Origin: Candidatus Zambryskibacteria bacterium RIFCSPLOWO2_01_FULL_39_39
Lineage (GTDB): Bacteria > Patescibacteriota > Minisyncoccia > Phycocordibacterales > WO2-35-19
NCBI GenBank assembly: GCA_001823925.1
Contig: MHWB01000010.1
Span: forward strand, 1-61,646
Direction: 5' to 3'
DNA: 61,646 nt
A program made the position numbers and the translations under genes. Positions within the stretch are counted from its first letter, which is position 1. Each line of letters starts with the position of its first letter. Below the pieces are notes generated by a model, which did no database searches, was not told where the DNA came from, and saw nothing but the letters and a program-made list of their open reading frames with translations. This document shows positions 1-7,500 of the stretch, piece by piece.

Positions 1-86
1 CGCTTTTTTAATTTGGGTTAATGTTCGTTTCTGCATATTATTTTTGTCCAAAACCCTTATTTTGCTTAGGTTCAAACTTGGACATC

Positions 87-176
87 TGGCGGAGGAGGTG
101 AGATTTGAACTCACGATACCATTTCAGGTATGCCGGTTTTCGAAACCGGTGCCTTCAACCACTCAGCCACTCCTCC
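87..176 (-). tRNA. tRNA-Ser (anticodon CGA)
   Basis: The reverse complement folds as a class II tRNA. Acceptor GGAGGAG/CTCCTCC, anticodon arm CCGGT-TTCGAAA-ACCGG, long variable arm, T-loop GTTCAAATC, encoded CCA. Confidence 0.9.
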
Positions 177-197
177 ATAAATTTCGCTTCGCTCAAA

Positions 198-296
198 TGG
201 AGGCCGCTTCGCGGAAAGTGGCTTCTTGTTTGCCACCTCGCTTTGCTCGGATGAAAAGCAAAGCAGTTTGCTTTTCATCCACTCAGCCACTCCTCC
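198..296 (-). other. tRNA-Ser 5' fragment fused to a three-hairpin tRNA-like element
   Basis: The first 18 nt are identical to the tRNA-Ser 5' end (GGAGGAGTGGCTGAGTGG). Three hairpins follow: a 14-bp stem at 249-280, GTGGC/GCCAC, and CCGC-GAA-GCGG. The ends pair as GGAGG/CCTCC. It is not a canonical cloverleaf. Confidence 0.45.
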
Positions 297-467
297 ATTG
301 GACCGCCAAAGCTTTAGCAAAGGCGACCATATTTCGCTTCGCTAGTTTAACATTTTTTGTACATTTTATCAAAAAATGTTATTATACGTTTTCCTTTTTC
401 TCTTTTCTGAATTTTTAGAAATTAGAAATTAGGTTAATTATAAATTTAAATTGCCCCGCAATTTTAC

Positions 468-539
468 GGCCCCATCGTCTATCGGTTAGGACACTGCCTT
501 TTCAAGGCAGGAAGCGCGGTTCGATTCCGCGTGGGGTCA
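468..539 (+). tRNA. tRNA-Glu (anticodon UUC)
   Basis: Acceptor GGCCCCA/TGGGGTC, anticodon arm CTGCC-TTTTCAA-GGCAG, T-arm CGCGG-TTCGATT-CCGCG. No encoded CCA. Confidence 0.9.
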
Positions 540-730
540 TGGATTACAAAAATGAGCTTCGGTCTTTGATCAAAGCCATTTTTGTCCATAACCCCAAAGA
601 AAGCAAACAGTTTTGCTTTCGTCGTGGAATCGAACGGCGGAGTATAAAATTTTTAGCAAAAAATTTTTCGAGCCGGTGCCCAGACCAAAAATTTGTGGCT
701 GACAAATTTTTGAGTCGAGGGAGATATCCC

Positions 731-745
731 TTCCGCGTGGGGTCA
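731..745 (+). repeat. 15-bp direct copy of the tRNA-Glu 3' end (att-like)
   Basis: TTCCGCGTGGGGTCA is identical to 525-539 (T-stem 3' half, acceptor 3' strand and discriminator). Confidence 0.7.
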
Positions 746-989
746 CAAAACGTGGGTTCAAGAAAAGCAGACTGCTCTGCTTTTCTTCGTTTTGTGAAGA
801 CGGAAACATGTTTTTCTAGTAAGAAAAACAGTTGAGTCCGGGGCTGGAAATTTCATTTTAGACGAAAAATGAAATATTGTGGCTCATTCATCATAAGCCG
901 GAGTCGCGAGTACTTACGTATTTTGCGAATACTTAGAGCAAAATACGTAGTAACTTGTGACACAATAAAATCATTTTAATTTTTTGACA

Positions 990-1016
990 CGAAAAAGCCC
1001 GATCTGAAGAACGGGC
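990..1016 (-). terminator. intrinsic terminator of the small Cys-rich gene
   Basis: Minus strand reads GCCCG-TTCTTCAGAT-CGGGC followed by TTTTTCG. Confidence 0.6.
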
Positions 1017-1037
1017 TTGAACGGAATGATCACCCCC

Positions 1038-1286
1038 CTATTCATCAGGCACACGGCCGACAATAATCTCTGGAGCAGAGCAGAATCGACTATACTCAAA
1101 ATTGTTTGGATTGCTCGTAATAGCATGGCGTTCCGAGGCAATCTTTTTAGCTTCCGTAACTCCACTCGCTGGCATTATTGTCTGAAAACGACAACTGATA
1201 TTGTTGCAAATCGCAATTCAATTGCCGGGACAGCATCCAGCTTCCTTTACTGTAAAAAGAGTGAAAACGATATCAGATTTTTCCAT
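1038..1286 (-). pseudogene. small Cys-rich protein, paralog of 45164..45415, with in-frame TGA at codon 23
   Basis: Hand translation: MEKSDIVFTLFTVKEAGCCPGN*IAICNNISCRFQTIMPASGVTEAKKIASERHAITSNPNNFEYSRFCSAPEIIVGRVPDE. It aligns end to end with the 83-aa ORF at 45164..45415. GAAAGGA lies 7 nt upstream of the ATG. Confidence 0.6.
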
Positions 1287-1391
1287 AAGTGATTCCTTTC
1301 TGTTTTTATGAAATCATATTTATATTGATTCGTCAATTTGCAATTTTCTTTATAATAATGTTAAATTCTGTTCCAGAAAGGAAGGTGTACA

Positions 1392-1601
1392 TTGCCATTG
1401 ATCAGTATGCATAACCACCCACTTGCAAAAACCCTGTGTGATTGCACAAAACACACCGAGACGAGACAAGCTGGCGTAAAAGCAGGTGAAATCGCTCGTG
1501 AGATTGTAGCTGCGGAAGCGGCTGGCGACCATCAAAAAGCCACAGATCTTCTTCCTGAACTGGAAAGGCTTAACGCAATCGCAAATCAGGAGATCAAGTA
1601 A
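1392..1601 (+). CDS. hypothetical small protein (69 aa; start could instead be the ATG at 1407)
   Basis: ORF track. AGGAAGG precedes the TTG start. It lies in a G+C-richer islet and its stop abuts the next ORF's start. Confidence 0.45.
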   Translation: MPLISMHNHPLAKTLCDCTKHTETRQAGVKAGEIAREIVAAEAAGDHQKATDLLPELERLNAIANQEIK

Positions 1602-1952
1602 ATGGAACAAACTTATTGGTTCATCCGCTTCAGTGTATTTTTCACTCTTGATCCTGATGAGGGATTAAACGAGATCAGAGGCAATGCTGTATTTACCCTG
1701 AAGTCGAAGTCGTTTCTGCCCGGCTCTATCATTTCAGACCTCCAAAACTTCTACAAAAGTGAGTTGGCGAAGAAGAGGAGGGTGATGAAAGAAATTGAAG
1801 TCTACATCGACTCTGTTTTAGAGGTAGATCAGGATGGGGCAACCGATTTTTCGATGATCGGACTTCTTACTAGAGAATCGGTGCTTAATCGCACAATCGT
1901 GTCACGGCACTTTTTCCAGAAGACGAAGATTGTCTTCGCTCCGTCTCACTAG
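1602..1952 (+). CDS. hypothetical protein (116 aa)
   Basis: ORF track. TAA-ATG junction with the upstream ORF, followed by an intrinsic terminator. Confidence 0.5.
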   Translation: MEQTYWFIRFSVFFTLDPDEGLNEIRGNAVFTLKSKSFLPGSIISDLQNFYKSELAKKRRVMKEIEVYIDSVLEVDQDGATDFSMIGLLTRESVLNRTIVSRHFFQKTKIVFAPSH

Positions 1953-1976
1953 GGGGAATATGCTCGACTTCAGTCC

Positions 1977-2016
1977 AGCCGTCTGCGTTGACTCGTGGAC
2001 GGCTTTCTTTTTCTTC
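1977..2016 (+). terminator. intrinsic terminator
   Basis: AGCCGTC ... GACGGCT stem followed by TTCTTTTTCTTC. Confidence 0.6.
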
Positions 2017-2142
2017 AAAATTAAACTAGACTAGCATCGGAAGGAGTACCTGCAGGATTAACCACGATGCTATCAATGCTATCGTGAACATGAAGCTTGA
2101 ACTCGATGGCCTTTATGGTCTTTGGGCGGAAGGAAAAATCGG

Positions 2143-2391
2143 ATGACACTGGAACAACAGAGAGATCACATCCGACAACTTGCTCGAAGCAAGTGTCAGA
2201 GGAAACATCCGGATCTTTTCGACAAAATGATCTGTGTCGGTCCCGGAAGCGAGAAAGGTTTCGGTCCGCCGTGTGATGAATGCCTGGCCGAGACCGAACG
2301 AAAATACAAAGCCAAACGAGCCGAAGCTCACGGTCGAGAACTTTCTCCAAAAGAAGCGACCGAGGTCAGGAAAAGGCTCGGCCTAAAATGA
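2143..2391 (+). CDS. hypothetical basic protein (82 aa)
   Basis: ATG at 2143 is preceded by GGAAGGA, and a terminator follows. The track's TTG start at 2122 is less likely. Confidence 0.5.
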   Translation: MTLEQQRDHIRQLARSKCQRKHPDLFDKMICVGPGSEKGFGPPCDECLAETERKYKAKRAEAHGRELSPKEATEVRKRLGLK

Positions 2392-2410
2392 AGCACACCT
2401 ATATCAGACA

Positions 2411-2444
2411 GCCCACGGCTCACCCCGTGCGGCTTTCTTTTTGG
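2411..2444 (+). terminator. intrinsic terminator
   Basis: GCCCACGG ... CCGTGCGGC imperfect stem followed by TTTCTTTTT. Confidence 0.5.
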
Positions 2445-2470
2445 TCAATTTTTGATTAAACTGGTCTTAA

Positions 2471-3466
2471 ATGCATAGATTAAATAACAAAGGAGATAGT
2501 AAAACTGCTACCCAAGCCATTATCCTTAGAGATGGGAAGGTTCTTTGTGGATTAAGGAACTATACAGACGATAAATATAAAAATATATCAGTTTGGACTT
2601 GTCCTGGCGGGAGGTGTGATGAAGGAGAAACTATAGAGCAAACTCTCAAAAGAGAAACCGAAGAAGAAGTTGGGATAAATGACCTAAAGATTGAAAAATT
2701 TCTAGGAGAAGTAAAGGGTGTTTATAAAGACGATAAGGTTTTGGTTTATCTTTGTTCCAGCAAGCAAGAAGCTAAGTTAATGGAACCAGAGAAATTCAGT
2801 GAATGGAAGTGGTTCAATCCTGAAGAAATACCTGAAAATTATATCAACGAAGAAGTTAGAAGGCTGATAAGGCTTGAAAATATGATAAATTTAGCAACTT
2901 CAAGGATGTCTTCTGCCTACTTTTCTTATTTCGTTTGGAAATATATAGAATCTTCAAGAAATACAAATGAAGCTGGGGCTGAGAAAGCAAATCGTTTTGT
3001 CTCTATTATGGGTAAATATGGATATACTTTTCATAGTATCCTTAGAGGGAGTTTTTATGTATTTGTAATAGATTTGTCCATATTTTTTGATAAACAAAAT
3101 CCATCTTTAAATTTAAAGAAAATCATTGATTTATTAAATCCTTCTGAGGAAGACTTAAAAGAAATAAACAAACTTATAGATTCTCAACGGGCTAATATTA
3201 AATATCTAAAGGATGTTAGGGATAAAACCATAGCCCACCTTGATTTGAATGTAGACCGAAGCACTTTCAACAGCATAATCTTTAAAGATACCGAAGAATT
3301 ATTTGATGCTGTTCAAAAAATATTAAACATAATAACTAGAACCTTTAATAGCTCTCCCTGGATGTGGGACATAGCAGAGAATGAAGTAAAGCATAGTATG
3401 TCTTGGTTTATTGAAAACCTTGAAAGAGGAGAGTCAAAAAGGATACAAGATATAAATGCTACATAG
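2471..3466 (+). CDS. NUDIX hydrolase domain fused to a C-terminal HEPN-like (AbiU2-like) domain
   Basis: Nudix box GGRCDEGETIEQTLKRETEEEVGI lies in the N-terminal ~135 aa. The C-terminal ~190 aa looks helical and carries RDKTIAH, which fits the HEPN Rx4-6H motif. Confidence 0.6.
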   Translation: MHRLNNKGDSKTATQAIILRDGKVLCGLRNYTDDKYKNISVWTCPGGRCDEGETIEQTLKRETEEEVGINDLKIEKFLGEVKGVYKDDKVLVYLCSSKQEAKLMEPEKFSEWKWFNPEEIPENYINEEVRRLIRLENMINLATSRMSSAYFSYFVWKYIESSRNTNEAGAEKANRFVSIMGKYGYTFHSILRGSFYVFVIDLSIFFDKQNPSLNLKKIIDLLNPSEEDLKEINKLIDSQRANIKYLKDVRDKTIAHLDLNVDRSTFNSIIFKDTEELFDAVQKILNIITRTFNSSPWMWDIAENEVKHSMSWFIENLERGESKRIQDINAT

Positions 3467-3629
3467 TTCTAATACCAAGAGGTAGTTAATATTTTAAGGA
3501 AAATGCTTATTAACAAACCTTTTCTTTAGCTGCTATAATGTCTTTACCAAGTTGGTGCCAGCCGTTTAGCTCATAAACTAATTGGTTCCAATTCAACGCC
3601 CCTTGGGTCACAACTTTTCATACTCATCA

Positions 3630-3746
3630 TCAACAATAGATCTGTTTAGGTTTGGATTTTTTACGCTTGGAAATTAAAGTCTTTGTCCCGTCTGGACTAA
3701 GAACCACCATGCAACACCCCACATATACTTTATTATTTTCAGACAT
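3630..3746 (-). pseudogene. possible decayed NUDIX gene remnant (38 codons, then stops)
   Basis: MSENNKVYVGCCMVVLSPDGTKTLISKRKKSKPKQIYC* resembles a Nudix N-terminal beta-strand region. It is driven by the same promoter/RBS module as the 4834 gene. Confidence 0.25.
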
Positions 3747-3782
3747 ACCCCCAGTTTAATTAAATTTTAGATAAAAAGAAAG
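3744..3782. repeat. duplicated terminator-tail/promoter/RBS/ATG module, copy 1
   Basis: CATACCCCCAGTTTAATTAAATTTTAGATAAAAAGAAAG is nearly identical to 4832-4871. Confidence 0.8.
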
Positions 3783-3848
3783 TATCAAAAACGGAGCAGG
3801 ATTGAGACCCACTCCGTGCTATGCAAATGCTTAGAGATAATCTGGAGT

Positions 3849-4190
3849 TTATTGTCCTGGCACTACGCCAGAAGGCGCCATTCTCTCCTCTTGGGTCTTC
3901 CAGAACTTTCGCTTTCCACACTCGGGACAGACAAGGAAGACTCCGGGCAATTTCATTGCCTCTACAAGGAAACGTCTCAGTATTAAATACCCCTCCGGCG
4001 AATCGACATGAACTGTGTCGATCTCGTAGTGAGAGCACATCAGAATTATATTTGCGCCTTTTTGAAGCCAAATATTTGTCGTGTAAGCACCCTCATTAAA
4101 CGCCAGATGATTTTGGCCGACCAATTGGCGCAATTCTTTCATCTGACTTATCACAATCTCGGGCGAGCCGAGAATAACGATTTCTGTCAT
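3849..4190 (-). CDS. hypothetical protein with C-terminal CPxC zinc-ribbon-like motif (113 aa)
   Basis: ATG at 4190 is preceded by GGAAGGGG. The gene is G+C-richer than its surroundings and a terminator hairpin lies downstream. Confidence 0.55.
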   Translation of the reverse strand: MTEIVILGSPEIVISQMKELRQLVGQNHLAFNEGAYTTNIWLQKGANIILMCSHYEIDTVHVDSPEGYLILRRFLVEAMKLPGVFLVCPECGKRKFWKTQEERMAPSGVVPGQ

Positions 4191-4237
4191 ATTATCACCC
4201 CTTCCATTCCAAACTCTATACTCAATACAACTTTTTG

Positions 4238-4834
4238 TCAATCATTTTTGAATATCGATTTGGACATTTTTAAAACAGCATCTAGTAATGACTGCAGTTT
4301 TTTTATGCCATCGCTTCCACTAAAATGACCTTTGTTATTTTCGATAATAATTTCTGCTCCCAATTTTTCTTTAAAAATTTCTGAATCACTCATAGGAACC
4401 AAGGGGTCATCATCTGAAAATATGGCCGTAAATTTATTAGTGTGAGACTTAACTTTTATCCAATCTATAGGAATTTTTAGCCAAGGTTTTCCGATCTCTG
4501 CATCCTTCTCATCTTCAAACGCTTCATCGGTCAAATTTACCCAACCAGCCAGAAATACCGCTCCACCAATTTTTGTATTGTCAGGCAAAGTTTCCACGTA
4601 TCTTAAAATAGTCTGCGCCCCAATCGAATGACCTATTAAGTAAGTGTCTTGATCTGGAACGCCGATTTGGTTACTTAAAAATGGTACCCAAGTTTCAATT
4701 TGCGGATTTAGAGGATCGGGCATCGCTGGATTGAAAACCTGAAAACCCTTATCCTCAAGCTCCTTTTTTAACCAAGGAAAACAGCCTTCTTCGGGATAAC
4801 CGTCCCAACCATGAATTATAAAAACTCTTTTCAT
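4238..4834 (-). CDS. alpha/beta serine hydrolase (YdeN/RBBP9-like)
   Basis: IIHGW start, GHSIG nucleophile elbow, C-terminal D...GHF triad pattern. Confidence 0.7.
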   Translation of the reverse strand: MKRVFIIHGWDGYPEEGCFPWLKKELEDKGFQVFNPAMPDPLNPQIETWVPFLSNQIGVPDQDTYLIGHSIGAQTILRYVETLPDNTKIGGAVFLAGWVNLTDEAFEDEKDAEIGKPWLKIPIDWIKVKSHTNKFTAIFSDDDPLVPMSDSEIFKEKLGAEIIIENNKGHFSGSDGIKKLQSLLDAVLKMSKSIFKND

Positions 4835-4871
4835 ACCCCCCAGTTTAATTAAAATTTAGATAAAAAGAAAG
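4832..4871. repeat. duplicated terminator-tail/promoter/RBS/ATG module, copy 2
   Basis: CATACCCCCCAGTTTAATTAAAATTTAGATAAAAAGAAAG. It differs from copy 1 by one extra C and one A/T change. Confidence 0.8.
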
Positions 4872-4942
4872 GCCACTGGTTTCCCGGTGGTCTCAATTTG
4901 GCTTTCACCTCTTTTGGGTGTCACTCTTGTATACCTCCTGAA

Positions 4943-5302
4943 TTAGACTACGGGAGGATACATAGGGCTTCGAGGATTAAGACTGAAATCTACTTGTTTA
5001 ACAAATCCCGTTACGATCGCGAGAACAATCAGTTCGTCCGTAGTTTTTATACCAAGCCTCTTTCTTAATCTCTTAAGATGATATCTGGTCGTCTCCTCCG
5101 TAATCTTCATGGTAAGGGCTATCTCTTTGTAAGAGAGTCCCAAAGTTTTGAGTCGAAGAACTCTATTAAGTTGTGGAGGAAGTCTGTAGAGTTTTTCAAT
5201 CATCTCTTCAGTAACAAACCACCCCTCAATTAACCTTATGGCACGAACAGGAATAGGAATTTTTGGCCCTTTTAATTGACTTTTAAATCTAGGTATCGTC
5301 AT
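4943..5302 (-). CDS. LuxR/GerE-type HTH transcriptional regulator
   Basis: C-terminal LSYKEIALTMKITEETTRYHLKRLRKRLGIKT helix-turn-helix. The ATG at 5302 with an upstream GAGG is preferred over the track's GTG. Confidence 0.7.
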   Translation of the reverse strand: MTIPRFKSQLKGPKIPIPVRAIRLIEGWFVTEEMIEKLYRLPPQLNRVLRLKTLGLSYKEIALTMKITEETTRYHLKRLRKRLGIKTTDELIVLAIVTGFVKQVDFSLNPRSPMYPPVV

Positions 5303-5365
5303 GAAGTACCTCACTTTCCTCACCTATTATAACACCATAATTATAAAAAGAAAAGACAAGAAAAT

Positions 5366-7399
5366 TTAGATCTCCAGACCCAACTCTTGAGAAAAAAATG
5401 AAATAATTATCGCCTGATCTTCCACAATTTTAGAAATTGGTTTACCCGATCCGTGACCAGCCTGAATCTCAGTAAATAGTAGTATTCTATTTTTCTTATT
5501 TACGGATTGAAGAATAGCAGCCATTTTTCTGGAATGAAGCGGGTCTACTCGAGTATCTTTTTCTGCTGTAGTAAAAAGTGTCGCTGGATATTCTACGCCA
5601 CCTTTTACATTATGATATGGACTCCATTTTAGTATATTTTTTAATTCATCTTCTTTGGCAGGATCTCCATATTCATGCACCCAGCGTAAAGCCATACCAA
5701 ACTTGGAAAATCGCACCATATCAGTAAGTGGCACTCTTGAAACCACAGCATGAAAAAGGTCTGGTCTTTGCAGGGATACAGCAGATACTAACAAGCCCCC
5801 ATTACTACCGCCCAATATTCCTAATTTATTGGAAGTTGTATATTTTTCTTTGACTAAATATTCTGCCGCAGCAATAAAATCATCAAAAGAATTTTGTTTT
5901 TTTTCTTTGATACCACCCGTATGCCATTTTTTTCCAAATTCACCCCCTCCGCGTATATTTGCTATCACAAAAACTCCACCCCGTTCGATCCATGGAATCC
6001 AAGATCGCATAAAACCCGGGCTTTGGTTGTGGCCAAATCCTCCATATCCATAAAGAATTGCTGGATTTGCGCCATTTTGAACTAGTCCTTTTTTATGGAA
6101 AATAAATAAGGGTATTTTGGTTTTATCTCTAGATATGAACCATTCTTGTCTTACGACATAATCATCTTTATTTATAGGACTATCAATTCTTTTAAATTCG
6201 CCATAAGAATCTGCCACTGGATCATATCTATAAACTATTTTGGGGAAAGTGAAAGAAGTAACTCCATAGAAAAATTCTTTCTCTTTTCTTCTGGTTGTTA
6301 GACCAGCAGTACTAGAGTATTCAGGAAGAGGTATATCTCCTATTTTTTTACCAAAATAGTCAAATATTTCTACTTTTGAACAAGCATTTACCAAATATTC
6401 CACAAGAATTTTATCCTCAGTGCACCTTATGGATTCTAAAACATAAGATTTTTCCGATATAAATTCCTGCCAATCATCAATCGATTTAGGAAAATTATTT
6501 AAATCTGAACAAAGAATCCTATAATTATCCGCCTTGTAATTAGTTAAGGTTAAAAGTTTGTCTTTAAGAAATACGATGGAAAATTTAGCTTTTATATCTT
6601 TTATTAAAAGTGATAATTTCTCTAGATCTCGGTCATATATATAGACATCATTCTCTGTCCACTTTTGACCAACAGCGATACTCAAATATCTTCCATCTAC
6701 AGAAGAATTGATACTTATCATGTCATCTTTTGGCCTATTTTTGCCAAAAATTAATTTATCTTTTTTTGAATTCTCGCCCAATTTGTGGAAATAAACTTTT
6801 GGGTGAATATGTTCTTCGTTTTTTGACACAGTCCCAACTTCTGGATTTCTCTCATAAAAGAACCCAGAATCATCCGGCAACCACCGAACTTGGAAGCTAC
6901 GAGATCTTTCTATAATATCGTTTAGATTTTCTCCAGTATTCAAATCTTTTATATATAAAGTGCCCATTTCTTCTCCGCTTTTCGATAAAGCATACGCGAC
7001 ATATCTGCCACTTTCAGAATTGCTCCAAGAATCCAGACTTATTGTATTGTTCTCCTCCATCCCATTGGGATCAACTATTTTTATTGGCTTTCCATCTAGC
7101 CCATCTTTATAATATAAAACCATCTGATCTTCATCTGGCTGTCGTTCTTTATAAAAATACCTGTTATTAACCGGATAAGGATTGGTAAAATTTGTGAATT
7201 TAAAATCCTTTACAAGTTCTTCCAAAAAAATATTAAATCCTTTATCTTTTAGTTCTTTGTCTACTATTTCGTTCTGATATTTTATCCAATTCTTAGTCTC
7301 TTCTAAATCCGAATCTTCTAACCACCTGTAGTGGTCTGTAATTTCTACACCAGAAATATTCTCAACAATTTCTACTTTTTTTGTTTTAGGGTAATCCAT
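5366..7399 (-). CDS. prolyl oligopeptidase (S9A family)
   Basis: 677 aa with a beta-propeller-like N-terminal part. GGSNGGLL active-site serine, C-terminal D and H of the triad. Confidence 0.9.
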   Translation of the reverse strand: MDYPKTKKVEIVENISGVEITDHYRWLEDSDLEETKNWIKYQNEIVDKELKDKGFNIFLEELVKDFKFTNFTNPYPVNNRYFYKERQPDEDQMVLYYKDGLDGKPIKIVDPNGMEENNTISLDSWSNSESGRYVAYALSKSGEEMGTLYIKDLNTGENLNDIIERSRSFQVRWLPDDSGFFYERNPEVGTVSKNEEHIHPKVYFHKLGENSKKDKLIFGKNRPKDDMISINSSVDGRYLSIAVGQKWTENDVYIYDRDLEKLSLLIKDIKAKFSIVFLKDKLLTLTNYKADNYRILCSDLNNFPKSIDDWQEFISEKSYVLESIRCTEDKILVEYLVNACSKVEIFDYFGKKIGDIPLPEYSSTAGLTTRRKEKEFFYGVTSFTFPKIVYRYDPVADSYGEFKRIDSPINKDDYVVRQEWFISRDKTKIPLFIFHKKGLVQNGANPAILYGYGGFGHNQSPGFMRSWIPWIERGGVFVIANIRGGGEFGKKWHTGGIKEKKQNSFDDFIAAAEYLVKEKYTTSNKLGILGGSNGGLLVSAVSLQRPDLFHAVVSRVPLTDMVRFSKFGMALRWVHEYGDPAKEDELKNILKWSPYHNVKGGVEYPATLFTTAEKDTRVDPLHSRKMAAILQSVNKKNRILLFTEIQAGHGSGKPISKIVEDQAIIISFFSQELGLEI

Positions 7400-7500
7400 T
7401 TAGGAAGTTATTATATAGAAAAATAGGAACAAAATCAAAAAGAAAAATCCCGCCTTTCGTGTCTGAAAAGCGGGATTAAGGATATTTTCACACAACTTGT

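Noticed and set aside
44-835. ORF-track ORFs 44..418(+), 111..320(-), 539..835(+), 570..809(-).
   Set aside because: They overlap tRNA genes, tRNA fragments and hairpin repeats. They lack RBS or coding character and are treated as non-coding.
838-1000. tmRNA-like 5' start GGGGCTGG... followed by hairpins.
   Set aside because: No matching 3' acceptor strand (CAGCCCC-ACCA), no T-arm and no plausible tag reading frame ending in a hydrophobic ALAA-like tail could be found downstream.
1218-1220. Alternative genetic code (TGA as Trp or Gly, as in Mycoplasma or SR1/Gracilibacteria) as the explanation for the in-frame TGA.
   Set aside because: All long housekeeping ORFs in the window are intact under the standard bacterial code, and TGA terminates several genes, including the neighbouring 2143..2391 ORF. 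A genome-wide recoding is not supported.
2021-2350. Minus-strand ORFs of 109 aa and 72 aa overlapping the 2143..2391 gene.
   Set aside because: The plus-strand gene has an SD, an ATG and a terminator. The minus-strand ORFs lack signals and run through a plus-strand terminator.
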